DNA from: Eledone cirrhosa
Taxonomy: Eukaryota
Length of the DNA stretch: 64,000 nt
NCBI GenBank assembly: GCA_964016885.1
Contig: OZ024743.1
Location: 181,164,001-181,228,000 of the forward strand
Direction: 5' to 3'
Shown here: positions 50,981 to 63,521 of the stretch, piece by piece
Layout of the letters: each line of letters starts with the position of its first letter
Numbering within the stretch: position 1 is the first letter of the stretch
Made by a program: the position numbers and the translations under genes
The notes under the pieces: generated by a model
Told to the model about the DNA's origin: nothing
Databases searched by the model: none
Seen by the model: the letters and a program-made list of their open reading frames with translations, nothing else

Positions 50981-53900
50981 ATGACCTCACTCAGAATAGG
51001 CAGCATAAATGCGCGTGGCTTGGGGTCGTCATGGAAGCAGGGCCACCTGCTCAACGACCTCAGGTCACTAAACATAGATGTAGTGGCCATCAGCGAGACC
51101 AGAATCTCCGAAGCACAGGCTTTCGCACCGATCTTTGGCGGCTACGATGTGTACGCATCTCCCAGCCGTCCGGGATCGGGGGGAGGAGTTGCTGTGCTTT
51201 TTCGGAGAGGTTTGGATCTTGCCATACGGGCCATCTTCCTGGACCCAGAAGGTAAGTTGGTGGTGCTGGACGTGACCAGCGGAGACGGGCAAGCTTTCAG
51301 GTTAGTGGCCGTCTATGCCCCGACAGGAGCAGGGCGGCCTGATTTCTTCCGGCGTCTGGAGACCTTTCTTGGAACGTCCCGATCTTTAGTGTTAGTGGGC
51401 GACTGGAACAGGATCTTAGATGCACGCTGGGATTGTGTGGGATTAGTGGATAGGGAAGGAGGGTGCAAGAGTCTCACCAACCTGCTCAGACGTTTTGAAC
51501 TGTCTGACAGGTACCGAATGGATTTCCCGAATGTACCAATGTGGACTTGGACAAATCGTATAGGGTCATCCAGATCATATCTAGATAGAGTATTTTGTAG
51601 GGAAATAGATAGGTCTAGCATAGGCTGTCCACAATTCAAGATAGTCAGCTACACGGACCACAAATTCGTGATCTGTGTGCTTGACTTAGATAGGCTTCAT
51701 AGACGAGGACCCGGCTACTGGAAGCTAAACGCGTCCTTACCAGCGCGCAAGGCCTACAGAGACCGGATTAGCGAACTAGTTAAGCGGGCGTTGACGGGGG
51801 CCATCGTCAACAACAAGTGGTGGTTTGCTCTGAAAAGAGCAATTAGAATAGAGTCCATTAGGTTTAGTAAGACTTTAGCAATAGAGAAAAATAGAGCAGA
51901 GGGAGAATTAGTTAGAAAATTAGATGAGGCGCTTAGCAAAGGCATCGCGACCGACGTACTTGCGGCGAAATTGGCCCTTGACCAATTCTTCAATGCAAAG
52001 CACGAAGGCTGCGTTGTCAGAGCTAGGGTGCGTGCTCTCAGACACGAGGGGACGAAAGCCGTTCAATGGGCCCGAGTGGCGGAGGCGCGTCGTGGCAACA
52101 AAGCCACGATCCGGTCTTTGGTGGACCACGACGGGCGCATGCTACTCGATCCCGGGCAAATGTGTGAAGCTTTTCAGCGACACTTCGCTCAACTGTTCGG
52201 GGGCAGTGGCGGGCCGGATCGAGGGATGGACTTTAGTGTCTACCTCGACGGACTGCCGCGGCTTTCGGCCACTGAGGCGGAGTGTTGCGAAAAGCCGATA
52301 ACAAACGCTGAAGTACGGGATGCAATGACTAGTTGCACAAGGGGTAAATCGCCTGGTTTGGATGGTCTGCCCTATGAACTTTACGTACAAATGCCAAACT
52401 TGTTCGGAGGCCTCTTGGCGGACGTCTACTGCAACTGGCAACAGAACGGGAGAATTCCCAGCTCTGTGAGCCGAGGAGCGGTGGCGCTGCTGAGAAAGGA
52501 TCCGAACAAGGGGGATAACATAGATAATTTTAGGCCCATAACTCTGCTAAACACAGAGTTCAAGATTTTGGCCAAGGTGCTAGCAAAGAGGTTGGCGCTT
52601 GTCGTTGGTGGTCTGGTGGGAGAGGCACAGTCATGCGCCATTCCCGACAGATCCATCCACGACAACCTCCACCTCATGCGATACATCGTAGAGAGGGTAG
52701 CTAGGGAACCTGGCACGGGTGGGTCTTTGATCAATTTAGATCAGTCGAAAGCCTTCGATAGGGTCGACCATCGTTACCTAACGGCAGTCCTGAGGGCGGC
52801 TGGCTTTGGGCCCGTCTTCAGAGGCTGGATCGCTGCCATGCACAGCGACATCTGCTCTGTAGTGAGAGTGAACGGTCACCTTTCGGAACCGTTCAACATC
52901 ATGCGCTCGGTCCGCCAAGGATGTCCTCTCTCGTCCCTATTGTACGTATTGACTCTCGAGCCATTACTGCACAAACTGGAGACGTTGAGGGGGGTCCCGC
53001 GCGAACTAGGATGCGGAAGATCCGTGTCAGCATATGCCGACGATGTCACCGTAGTGGTGTCGAACGCCAAACACATCGAGGCGATCGGCACTACACAAAG
53101 AGAATACGAAGCGGTGACAGGAGCAATGATCAACCAGGAAAAGTCAGTGGGCCTGCAGCTCGGCACCTGGAGAGGCAGGTCCATGCCGTCCAACAGCGTC
53201 GTCGGGCGCTGGACGGACGGACCGGTTAAATTGCTAGGGGTCTGGTTCGGTCCAGACCTCCAGACGGACAAAAACTGGGACGAGGTGACGAGCAGGTTGG
53301 CCTCTCTCACCCAGAAATGGGCCGAGAGGAAGCTATCCCTGAAAGGTCGAGCGGAGGTGGCGAATGCGTACATCGCATCCGTCATCTACTACCGCCTGAC
53401 CGTCGTACCTTGTCCTAAGCCCCGCCTGACTGCGCTGGAGCGTTTGCTCTTTCGCTTCTTGTGGAAGGGACGCGCTCCGATGGTCAGGCGGTCCATCTGC
53501 TGTCAACACCCGCTACGTGGAGGGCTGGGCATGCCGTGGCTGATGATGCGCAGACACGCGCTCAGGCTACGACATCTCCACCTCTTCCTCGACGGTGATC
53601 AGGTGTGGTCGCCGTTTGCAAGACACGTTTTTCCCCAGCTCGTCTCCTTGACGGAGCTGCAGTCCTGGGTCAAGCGAAGACCGAGAGGGAGCGCTTGGAG
53701 ACTGGAATGTCTTCAGGCGCTCACAGCCCTCGACCAATCGGGCAATGTGATCGGTGGAAACTCCACCTTGGCGTTCTATAGGGGATTAGTGGAGGGGAAG
53801 AGCGACGACGTACTTGGAGAAACTCTAGGCGTCGACGAAAATCAACTAGCCAATCTCTTCGGAAGGACTTTCGGGCCGGGGCCTATGGACAACTTCCAGA

Positions 53901-54400
53901 AATCCCTGGCCTGGCAGTGCTACCGAGGAGCTTTGCCAGTTCGGGATAAACTCTACAGGCATGGAGGTGCCGTCAGCCGGGCATGTCCGAGATGCGCGCA
54001 GGGCGACGAAACCGTCCTGCACGCACTCGTCCAGTGTCCGAGCATTGCTGACTTGTGGGTTTATGTCGAGCACCTGCTGTCACGTGTAGGACGGATCCAG
54101 CTATCAGCTGAGTCCATCGTGAGGATTGCCCCGCCCCCTTCCTTTAGCCTGGAAGGGCAGGCAGTTTTTATCTGTCTGGTGGCCATGGCGAAAGAGATAG
54201 TATGGTGGACACGTTTGAAAGGGCTGAAGACGAGCACTTACCTCTTCGGTGATGCCCTGATTAACTTTTTCAAATTTCATTTGAAAAGGAAAATCAGGGT
54301 AGAGAGGGAAGTGCTCTCTTCCCAGCATTTTGTTGAAAGATGGGTGAGAGAAGCAAGTATGGCCCGAATGAATGGGCCTTCTCTGAGTATGTGTCTGTAA
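50981..54400 (+). CDS. Tx1A ORF2: APE endonuclease + RT + zinc finger (1139 aa)
   Basis: NARGL, AISET, GDWN, YLDR, TDH; KSPGLDG, FRPITLLN, DQSKAFD, RQGCPLS, AYADD; CPRC..ETVLHALVQC. Confidence 0.95.
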   Translation: MTSLRIGSINARGLGSSWKQGHLLNDLRSLNIDVVAISETRISEAQAFAPIFGGYDVYASPSRPGSGGGVAVLFRRGLDLAIRAIFLDPEGKLVVLDVTSGDGQAFRLVAVYAPTGAGRPDFFRRLETFLGTSRSLVLVGDWNRILDARWDCVGLVDREGGCKSLTNLLRRFELSDRYRMDFPNVPMWTWTNRIGSSRSYLDRVFCREIDRSSIGCPQFKIVSYTDHKFVICVLDLDRLHRRGPGYWKLNASLPARKAYRDRISELVKRALTGAIVNNKWWFALKRAIRIESIRFSKTLAIEKNRAEGELVRKLDEALSKGIATDVLAAKLALDQFFNAKHEGCVVRARVRALRHEGTKAVQWARVAEARRGNKATIRSLVDHDGRMLLDPGQMCEAFQRHFAQLFGGSGGPDRGMDFSVYLDGLPRLSATEAECCEKPITNAEVRDAMTSCTRGKSPGLDGLPYELYVQMPNLFGGLLADVYCNWQQNGRIPSSVSRGAVALLRKDPNKGDNIDNFRPITLLNTEFKILAKVLAKRLALVVGGLVGEAQSCAIPDRSIHDNLHLMRYIVERVAREPGTGGSLINLDQSKAFDRVDHRYLTAVLRAAGFGPVFRGWIAAMHSDICSVVRVNGHLSEPFNIMRSVRQGCPLSSLLYVLTLEPLLHKLETLRGVPRELGCGRSVSAYADDVTVVVSNAKHIEAIGTTQREYEAVTGAMINQEKSVGLQLGTWRGRSMPSNSVVGRWTDGPVKLLGVWFGPDLQTDKNWDEVTSRLASLTQKWAERKLSLKGRAEVANAYIASVIYYRLTVVPCPKPRLTALERLLFRFLWKGRAPMVRRSICCQHPLRGGLGMPWLMMRRHALRLRHLHLFLDGDQVWSPFARHVFPQLVSLTELQSWVKRRPRGSAWRLECLQALTALDQSGNVIGGNSTLAFYRGLVEGKSDDVLGETLGVDENQLANLFGRTFGPGPMDNFQKSLAWQCYRGALPVRDKLYRHGGAVSRACPRCAQGDETVLHALVQCPSIADLWVYVEHLLSRVGRIQLSAESIVRIAPPPSFSLEGQAVFICLVAMAKEIVWWTRLKGLKTSTYLFGDALINFFKFHLKRKIRVEREVLSSQHFVERWVREASMARMNGPSLSMCL

Positions 54401-54642
54401 ATTAAAGGTGGAAAACTGGGAGAGGGCACTTGCCCTGGTGGTCAGGGCCACTGTGGTCTTTTAATGGGCTTTTTCCACAAATGTCCCTTGGAAGTCTCCC
54501 CCCTATTGGGAAATTTTTCTTTGTTATTTTATTTCAACATATGTTTTTTTACACGCAGAAATGCCCATTTGTACCGTCCTGTATTGTCCTGTACTGTCCT
54601 TAATGTCTACTTTATGTGAACCCTTGTGGTTAATAAAGAAAA

Positions 54643-54683
<41 letters not shown>

Positions 54684-54684
<1 letters not shown>

Positions 54685-57600
54685 TTTTTGAGTCTCAGTC
54701 ATTGATGTTAGTTAACTGGAAAGTTTGTTGAAATGAATATCAAGCCACTACCTGCAGCCTCAGATATTCAGGACGTATCGGAGGATTCTTGCTGTTCCCA
54801 GCAAGCATGCCTTTTGAAGTGTTCCAAAAAGCGTGTAGGGACCAATGTTCTTTAACCATCCCTGTAAACTTTTTGAGATAGTCCCTAGAGCGCCTATGTC
54901 AATCGGGATCACTTTGACTTCATGGCAGTTCCAAATCCTTTTTACCTCCCACTTTAAGTCCTGGTATCGGTTAATTTTCTCCCTCTCCTTCTCTTGCACC
55001 CTCGTTTCGAATTGGCAGGCCACATCCACAATCAGGCACGATCTTTTTTCCTTGTCCAAAACCACCAGGTCAGGTCTATTGTGTTCCAGTTTCTTGTGTC
55101 ATAAATTCCTACAGCACCTTCACCTGATCGTTTTCTATCACCGACTCTGGCTTATGCTCATACCACTTCTCAGAATGTGGTAAATTGTTTACTTTCCATA
55201 GGTGCAAGTGGATCACCCTGCCCATCACATCATGTCTCCAGCCCTTATAGTGAGTCTGGGCTAGGTGTTTACACTCGGATACAATGTGAGCCACAGTCTC
55301 CTCTCTCTCTCCACAGATCCTGCACAGTGGGCTAGCCTCCTCCTTGTAAATATGGTGTTTCAACCACTTCGTTTTGAGGGTCTGCTCCTGCGCAGCCATT
55401 AACATTCCTTCTGTAGCCTTTTTAAGGTCTCCTCTTTTCAACCAGTTCCATGTCTGTGGATCTCTAAATTCAGTTTTCTGAAAAAAGGTATTATGAAGGG
55501 ATTTTCTCCTTGATGTTATTTCCTCCTTGGACATACCTGGTCTATTGTCCTCTCCTTCAGTACAATTCTGAGCATTGGCTCCTTACTATCAGTCACGTAT
55601 TTGTGTAGGTTGTTTTTCTCCATCTGAACACAGTCCTCTATGCTGATAAGACCTCTTCCAGCTTCAGATGTCCTTAAGCAGAGTCTATCGACATCACTCC
55701 TCTTGTGGAGCATGTTGTAGATAATCAATAGCTTCCTAGTCTTCCTATCCATTTCTTTTTGTTCAGCAACATTCCATCTCAGAATTCCCGCACTGTACCT
55801 AATAATAGACACAGCTCGGGAATTTACTGCACTTATGGCATTCCTACTGTTCAGATGTGACTTTAATACGCTCCTTGCTCTCCGAATGTATTCAGTTCTT
55901 ATCAATTCCTTCATTTTTTTGTTCTTGATGTCATCAGCCTCCAGAACACCCAAATACTTGTATCCTTCTTCAGAGTCAATTTCCTTTATCATCTCACCTG
56001 TTGGTACCTGGATTCCGTTACTTCTGCTCAACTTACCCCTCTTCATCACAATGACTCCACACTTACTAATACCAAATTGCATACATATATCATTGCTGAA
56101 AATACGGACAGTGTCAACAAGCACATCCAACTCCTTCTCACTCTTCCCGAAGAGCTTAAGATCGTCCATGAAGAGGAGGTGATTGATGGTAAGCTCTCCC
56201 TTTTCCAACCTGTATCGTGCTGTTACTTTTCGCAGTACACTGGTCAGGGGCATCAGGGCAAGGACAAACAACAGAGGGGACAGACTATCTCCCTGGAAGA
56301 TACCTCTCTTGATCTTCACGCTTCCCAAGGATTCTCCAGTTGATGTTAACTCTGTTTCCCATGACTTCATACTTTTGCCCAACAACTGTCTGATGTTATC
56401 TGCCACCTTGAAGATCTCCAGGCTTTTGGTGATCCAAGAATGAGGCACCATGTCAAATGCCTTTTTGTAGTCTATCCATCCCATGGCAAGACCAGTGTGT
56501 CTCCTCTTGCAATTCCTCATTACCATCTTATCAATAAGTAACTGGTCCTTTGTACCACGTGACTTCTTTCGGCATCCTTTCTGTTCGTCCGGTAGCAAGT
56601 TGTTTGTGTGGAGGTGATGGTAGATTTCCTCAGACATAATACTTGTCAACAGTTTCCGCATTACGGACAGACATGTGATAGGTCTATAGTTGGTAACATC
56701 ATTACCCTTGATTCGGTCTTTCATTATCAGAACTGTGGTACCTTTTGTCAACCACTCTGGTACCTCACCCGATATCAAGCAGTCATTGAACATTGTTGTC
56801 AGTTTCGGGTGGAGGGTTGTTATATTTTTAATCCAATACCCCTGCACACCATCTGGTCCTGGTGATTTCCAGTTGGTTAGTTTTTTGGCCTGCCCCTTAA
56901 GAGTTTCAACTGTGATACTCAAATCAGTTTGTTGGTGTGCCTGTTCACTAATCTCCTTTTGTACTGTCTCAATCCACACTGCCTGGTCATTATGTTTAAC
57001 ATCCTGCTCCCATATTCCTCTCCAGAATGTTTTAGTTTGTTCCGCCTCAGGGATCAAGTCGTTGCCTCTTTTTTTCCCTTCAAGCTGTCCAAACAGCATC
57101 TTCTGGTTGTTGTCGAACATGCGGTTCTGTCTATACTGACTGACTCTGTTCTCGTATCGCCTAATTTTTGCACTCCTTGCTACAATGCGTTGCTTCAGTT
57201 CCTCTATGATAATATTTAGCTTTTTCCTCCTAGTTTTGTACTTTATTTCCAGTATATTTTTAGTGTCTATGTTTTTTAGTGTCCCATTCAGTAGGGACTC
57301 AAGCTTTCCAATGTCATTTCTCATTTCCCTGATTTGACCACTCAGTCGTTTCTTCCACCAAGGCTCTGATCTTTCTTGTCTGTTGTTTCTTCTCGCTTTT
57401 ATACCAAGTAGTTTCCTCACCGTATTTGCTGTTGCTTTGAGGATATTGTTGCACTGGTGAAGGCTCCTCGCCTCAAGGTATGGGATGACTTTGGTACCTT
57501 AGCTGTTGTTTCTTTTAACTTTTTCCTGTCTACAAATCTTAGGTTCATAGGTCTCCCACTATCATTGTTCAATTCATCTACCACTAAGTTTAGGATATCA

Positions 57601-58904
57601 ACCAAATCTTGTCCTAGCCCGTCAGCATTCATCTCCTCAGTGGCCGTATCTCTGTTCCAGGTATTATTTATCTCAGCATTCAGATCATTGTCTGCTTCGG
57701 GTGGTTCCTCCGTTCTCTCGACCTGTTCACCTTCATTTCCCACTGGCTCGTTTGCCTGGCATACTCCACTCTCCATCTCCAAGCTAATCTCTCTACTCAG
57801 TTCCTCCAGTTCCAGCTCGCTTATCCACCCATTAGTTCTTATTACCCGAGCCTGCCCGGCCAATTTTTGTTCATCTAATTTAAATAGACCAATCTCGTTC
57901 CAGATGTTATGCATCCGTTTCCTATAGCCTTTCTCCTCTGGGTTACTCTTCAGGTAACATTGCATAACAGTTCTATTCAATTCTTTTGTCCAGTTGGTTC
58001 TGGTCCCTTTCCTTCTTCTTCTTCCTCCGACACCAGCAGTATTTGGTTGACAGCCAGGTCCCTGCTGCTGAGCCAGGAGCACCTGCTGGGTGAGAGTCTG
58101 TCACATGACATTCTAGTCTCCACTTCACCATTATTCAAACTGTTTAGGTTCGACATTTAAGCACTCACATCGAGGATTGGTGAATGTATGGTTACATAAC
58201 CACCGGTGATTTCATCAGCCCCGGTGATTTTAGTGTGGCACTATCACGCTGTAGACGAACATAAATAAACAAACAAACAAATAGGTAACAAAAAACCCCC
58301 AAAAGAATAAGTATAAGTTTCATTGTAATGTAATGTTTGAATGTCTGACTTAGTTTTTTTTTTTTTTTCCTTCTCTGTCTGTCTGTTTCTTTTTCTTTTC
58401 ATTTTTCTTTTCTTTACGTTTTTCGTTGCTGCTGTGCTGTTTTGGTTTTGATTTTTGTTTTTTTGATTTTTTGACCGGGTCATCAAATCAGTCTATTTAT
58501 ATCTTTTGATGCCTTCCTCTTTTAGTGGGGACACTACAATGCATGTCTTAGCAGGAGGTAGTGGGAGAGAATAGCGGTGGTAGCGATAATGAGGCAGTGG
58601 TGGTGGTGGTGCTGTGCTAGTAGTACTTAGTAGGAGGTAGTGGGAGAGAATAGCGGCGGTAGCGATAATGTGGCAGTGGTGGTGGTGATGTGATCGTAGT
58701 ACTGTAGTGATGGTGTTGAAGTTGGAGTAGAAATAGAAGTTGAGGTAACCTTTCTAGAGTTTTCTGTCCACTTAGCTATTTTGACATTTTTCTCTTTTTC
58801 GACTATAACATTTCTGATCCAAAATTAAATATTAAATATTGGGACCCTATGCCGTAATGTGATGCGTTGTGGCTTGCTGAGCGTAAAAAACTGTAATCTT
58901 ATAC
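54684..58904 (-). mobile_element. R4/Dong subfamily A, full length; ORF (54760-58123) disrupted
   Basis: ORF pieces 57417-58082, 55516-57420, 55109-55534 and 54760-55065; (ATT)n at both ends. Confidence 0.93.
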
Positions 58905-58927
58905 TTATTATTATTATTATTATTATT

Positions 58928-61900
58928 GTTGTTATTCCTTGAATCTCAGTCATTGATGTTGGTTAACTGGAAAGTCCGTTGGAATGAATATCAAGCCACT
59001 ACCTGCAGCCTCAGATATTCAGGACGTATCGGAGGGTTCTTGCTGTTCCAAGCAAGCATGCCTTTTGAAGCGTTCCAAAAAGCGTGAAGGGGCCGATTTT
59101 CTTTAACCATCCCTGGAAACTTTTGGAGATAGTCCCCAGTGCGCCTATGACAATCGGGATCACTTTGACTTCATGGCAGTTCCAAATCCTTTTCACCTCC
59201 CACTTTAGGTCCTGGTATCGGTTAATTTTCTCCCTCTCCTTCTCTTGCACTCTCGTGTCGAACGGGCAGGCCACATCCACAATCAGACACGATCTTTTTT
59301 CTTTGTCCACAACCACCAGGTCAGGTCTATTGTGTTCCAGTTTTTTGTCCGTCTGTATCCTAAAATCCCACAGCACCTTCACCTGATTGTTCTCCATCAC
59401 CGCCTCCGGCCTATGCTCATACCATTTCTCAGAATGTGGTAAATTATTTACTTTGCACAGGTGCCAGTGGATCACCCTGCCCATCACATCGTGTCTCCAG
59501 CCCTTATAGTGGGTCTGGGCTAGGTGTTTACACTCGGACACAATGTGAGCCACAGTCTCCTCTCTCTCTCCACAGATCCTGCACAGTGGGCTAGCCTCCT
59601 CCTTGTAAATATGGTGCTTCAACCACTTCGTTTTGAGGGCCTGCTCCTGCGCAGCCATTAGCATTCCTTCTGTAGCCTTTTTGAGGTCTCCTCTTCTCAA
59701 CCGGTTCCATGTCTGTGGATCTCTAAATTCAGTTTTCTCAAAGAAGGTACTATGAAGGGATTTTCCCTTAAGGCTGCTCTTCCTCCTTGATGTTATTTCC
59801 TCCTTGGACATCCCCTGGCCTACTGTCCCCTCCTTCAGTACAGTTTTGAGCATTGGCTCCTTACTATAGGTCACGTATTTGTATAGGTTGTTTTTCTCCA
59901 TCTGAACACAGTCCTCTATGCTGATAAGACCTCTTCCACCCTCAGATCTCCTTAGGTAGAGTCTATCGACATCACTCCTCTTGTGGAACATGTTGTAGAT
60001 AGTCAATAGCTTCCTAGTCTTCCTATCCATTTCTTTTTGTTCAGCAACATTCCATCTCAGAATTCCCGCACTGTACCTAATAATAGACACAGCTCGGGAA
60101 TTTACTGCGCTTATGGCATTTCTGCTGTTCAGATGTGACTTCAATATGCTCCTTACTCTCCGAATGTATTCAGTTCTTAACAATTCCTTCATTTTTTTCT
60201 TCTTTATGCCATCAGCCTCCAGAACGCCCAAATACTTGTATCCTTCCTCAGAGTCAATTTCCTTTATCATCTCACCTGTTGGTATCTGGATCCCGCTACT
60301 TCTGCTCAACCTACCCCTCCTCATCACAATGACTCCACATTTACCAATACCAAACTGCATACATATATCACTGCTGAAAATACGGACAGTGTCAACAAGC
60401 ACATCCAACTCCTTCTCACTTTTCCCGAAGAGCTTAAGATCGTCCATGAAGAGGAGGTGATTGATGGTAAGCTCTCCCCTTCCCAACTTGTATCCTGCTC
60501 TCACTTTTCGCAGCATAATGGTCAAGGGCATTAGGGCAAGGACAAACAACAGAGGGGACAGGCTATCTCCCTGGAAGATACCTCTCTTGATCTTCACGCT
60601 TCCCAAGGATACTCCAGTTGATGTCAACTCTGTCTCCCAGGACCCCATACTCCTGCCCAGCAACTGTCTGATGTTATCTGCCACCCTGAAGATCTCCAGG
60701 CTTTTGGTGATCCAAGAATGAGGCACCATGTCAAATGCCTTTCTGTAGTCTATCCATCCCATGGCAAGATCAGTGTGTCTCCTCCTGCAATCCCCCATTA
60801 CCATCTTATCAATAAGTAACTGGTCCTTTGTACCACGTGACTTCTTTCGGCATCCTTTCTGTTCGTCCGGTAACAAGTTGTTTGTGTGGAGGTGATGGTA
60901 GATTTCCTCAGACACAATGCTCGTCAACAGTTTCCACATTACGGACAGACATGTGATAGGTCTATAGTTGGTAACATCATTACCCTTGATTCGGTCTTTC
61001 ATTATCAGAACCGTGGTACCTTTTGTCAACCACTCTGGCACCTCACCCGACACCAAGCAGTCATTGAACATGGCCGTCAGCTTCGGGTGGAGGGATGTTA
61101 AATTTTTAATCCAATACCCCTGCACACCATCTGGGCCTGGTGATTTCCAGTTGGTTAGTTTTTTGGCCTGCCCCTTAAGAGTTTCAACTGTGATACTCAA
61201 ATCAGTTTGTTGTTGTGCCTGCTCACCGATCTCCCTCTGTACTGTCTCAATCCACCCTGCCTGGGCATTATGTCTAACATCCTGCTCCCATATTCCTCTC
61301 CAGAATGTTTTAGTTTGTTCCGCCCCAGGGATCAGGTCGTTGCCTCTTTCTTTCCCCTCAAGCTGTCCAAACAGCATCTTCTGGTTGTTGTCGAACATGC
61401 GGTTCTGTTTATACTGACTGACTCTGTTCTCGTATCGCCTGATTTTTGCACTCTTTGCTACAATGCGTTGCTTCAATTCCTCTATGATAATATTTAGCTT
61501 TTTACTCCTAGTTTTGTATTTTATTTCCAGTCTATTTTTAGTGCCTATGTTTTTTAGTGTCCCATTCAGTAGTGACTCGAGCTTTCCTATGTCATTTTTC
61601 ATTTCCCCGATTTGCCCATTCAGTCGCTTCTTCCACCACGGCTCTGCTCTTTCTTGTCTGTTGTTTCCTCTCGCTTTTATACCAAGTAGTTTCCTCACCG
61701 TATTTGCTGTTGCTTTGAGGATATTGTTGCACTGGTGAAGGCTCCTCGCCTCAAAGTATGGGATGACTTTGTTTACCTTAGTTGTTGTTTCTTTTAACTT
61801 TTTCCTGTCTACAAATCTTAGGTTCATAGGTCTCCCACTATCATTGTTCAATTCATCTACCACTAAATTTAGGATGTCAACCGAATCTTGTCCTAGCCCG

Positions 61901-63472
61901 TCAGCATTCATCTCCTCAGTGGCCGTATCTCTGTTCCAGGTATTATTTATCTCAGTATTCAGATCATTGTCTGCTTCGGGTGGTTCCTCCGTTCTCAGGA
62001 CCTCTTCACCTTCATTTCCCACTGGCTCGCTTGTCTGGCATACTACACCCGCCATCTCCAAGCCATTCTCTCTGCTCAGTTCCTCCAGTTCCAGCTCGCT
62101 TATCCACCCATTAGTTCTTATTACCCGAGCCTGCCCGGCCAATTTTTGTTCATCTAATTTAAATAAACCAATCTCGTTCCAGATGTTATGCATCCGTCTC
62201 CTGTAGCCCCTCTCCTTGGGGTTACTTTTCAGGTAGCATTGCATAACAGTTCTATTCAATTCTTTCGTCCAGTTGGTTCTGGCCCCTTTCCTTCTTCTTC
62301 TTCCTCCAACATCAGCAGTATTTGGTTGACAGTCAGGTTCCTGCTGCTGAGCCAGGGGGCACCTGTTGGGTGAGAGTCTGTCACATGACGTTCTAGTCTC
62401 CATTTCACCGTTATTCGAACTGTTTATGTTCGATATTTAAACACTCTTATCGAGGATTGGCGAATGTATGGTTACATAGCCATCTGTGGATCCGCCATCC
62501 CACTTGGCCCTTGTGTGGCATTATCACCACGCTGTATACGAACACACATAAACAAACAAACAGACAGGCAGAAAGGGCCCCAAAAATGAATAAGCATAAG
62601 TTTCATTGTAATGTAGTGTTCGAATGTCTGACTTAGTTTTTGTTTTTTAAGTTTTAGTTTTTCCCCCCTCTTCTCTGTCCGTCCGCCTGCTTCTCTCTTC
62701 ATTCTTATTTTCTTTACGTTTTTGGGGTTTCTTTTTTTGTTTTTGTTTTTCTGTGTTTGTTTTTCTCGTTTTTGCTGTTGTTGCTGTGCTGCTTTGGTTT
62801 TGTTGTTTGTTTTTTCTTTTTTTCTTTTGAGTCTATCTATATATTTTGATGCCTTCCTCTTTGTTAGTAGTAGGAATTCTATAATGTGGAAGTAGCAGCC
62901 AGCAGGGAGAAGTGGGAGACTGGCGGCGGTAGTGATACTGAGACAGTGGTGGTGGTGATGTCGATACCGAGGCAGTGGTGGCGGTGATGTGACCGTATTA
63001 CTGTAGTGATGGTGCTGTAGCGGTGACAGCAGTGAAGGAGTGAAGGGGTGGTGGCGGCGGTGATGGGATAGTGGTGGTAATGATGGCCGTAGTGAGCGGT
63101 GGTGGTGAAGGTGAAAATGAAAATGCCGTTATCTGGCTGTTGTGTTTAGTGTACAGAGATGATGGGGTGGGTGGTGTATCTAGTTTCTGGTGTTGGTGAG
63201 TTTGGCTGTCCTATATAGTGTAGACAGAGGAGAGGAGGGGGGGTCTTCTTCCATTTATAGCCATTTTCTTTTTTGGATATACAGTGTACAATAGAAAGTT
63301 GGATATTTGAATATTTGAGCCTTATAACAATATATTTTGGGTCCGAATTTTTTGGGGCTCAAGCCGGGTGCTTTACGTAGCATTTGTACTAAGAGTTGTT
63401 ATTTCACAAATGATTTAAATATGTTAAAAATTCAAAACTTACGGGAGCGATTTCATGACCTCCGTCACCTCG
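58928..63472 (-). mobile_element. R4/Dong subfamily B, near full length, intact ORF
   Basis: ~1.07-kb 5'UTR, single ORF, ~80-nt 3'UTR; (ATT)n 58905-58927 and 63473-63521. Confidence 0.95.
59011..62403 (-). CDS. R4/Dong-clade polyprotein: N-terminal conserved domain, RT, CCHC, restriction-like endonuclease (1130 aa)
   Basis: WTKELN..GYRRRMHNIW; KSPGPDG, YRPITCLS, IDYRKAFD, QGDSLSP, FMDDLK, YKYLG; CRICGEREETVAHIVSEC, RHD, RPD..DVACP, KINRY. Confidence 0.95.
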   Translation of the reverse strand: METRTSCDRLSPNRCPLAQQQEPDCQPNTADVGGRRRRKGARTNWTKELNRTVMQCYLKSNPKERGYRRRMHNIWNEIGLFKLDEQKLAGQARVIRTNGWISELELEELSRENGLEMAGVVCQTSEPVGNEGEEVLRTEEPPEADNDLNTEINNTWNRDTATEEMNADGLGQDSVDILNLVVDELNNDSGRPMNLRFVDRKKLKETTTKVNKVIPYFEARSLHQCNNILKATANTVRKLLGIKARGNNRQERAEPWWKKRLNGQIGEMKNDIGKLESLLNGTLKNIGTKNRLEIKYKTRSKKLNIIIEELKQRIVAKSAKIRRYENRVSQYKQNRMFDNNQKMLFGQLEGKERGNDLIPGAEQTKTFWRGIWEQDVRHNAQAGWIETVQREIGEQAQQQTDLSITVETLKGQAKKLTNWKSPGPDGVQGYWIKNLTSLHPKLTAMFNDCLVSGEVPEWLTKGTTVLIMKDRIKGNDVTNYRPITCLSVMWKLLTSIVSEEIYHHLHTNNLLPDEQKGCRKKSRGTKDQLLIDKMVMGDCRRRHTDLAMGWIDYRKAFDMVPHSWITKSLEIFRVADNIRQLLGRSMGSWETELTSTGVSLGSVKIKRGIFQGDSLSPLLFVLALMPLTIMLRKVRAGYKLGRGELTINHLLFMDDLKLFGKSEKELDVLVDTVRIFSSDICMQFGIGKCGVIVMRRGRLSRSSGIQIPTGEMIKEIDSEEGYKYLGVLEADGIKKKKMKELLRTEYIRRVRSILKSHLNSRNAISAVNSRAVSIIRYSAGILRWNVAEQKEMDRKTRKLLTIYNMFHKRSDVDRLYLRRSEGGRGLISIEDCVQMEKNNLYKYVTYSKEPMLKTVLKEGTVGQGMSKEEITSRRKSSLKGKSLHSTFFEKTEFRDPQTWNRLRRGDLKKATEGMLMAAQEQALKTKWLKHHIYKEEASPLCRICGEREETVAHIVSECKHLAQTHYKGWRHDVMGRVIHWHLCKVNNLPHSEKWYEHRPEAVMENNQVKVLWDFRIQTDKKLEHNRPDLVVVDKEKRSCLIVDVACPFDTRVQEKEREKINRYQDLKWEVKRIWNCHEVKVIPIVIGALGTISKSFQGWLKKIGPFTLFGTLQKACLLGTARTLRYVLNI

Positions 63473-63489
63473 TATTATTATTATTATTA

Positions 63490-63521
<32 letters not shown>

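Larger units (their letters stand above)
48738..54643 (+). mobile_element. Tx1A element, full length (Tx1/L1-group LINE)
   Basis: Begins GGCGACCTAC after (ATT)n 48677-48737; ends CCCTTGTGGTTAATAAAGAAAAC before (ATT)n 54644-54683. Confidence 0.95.
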
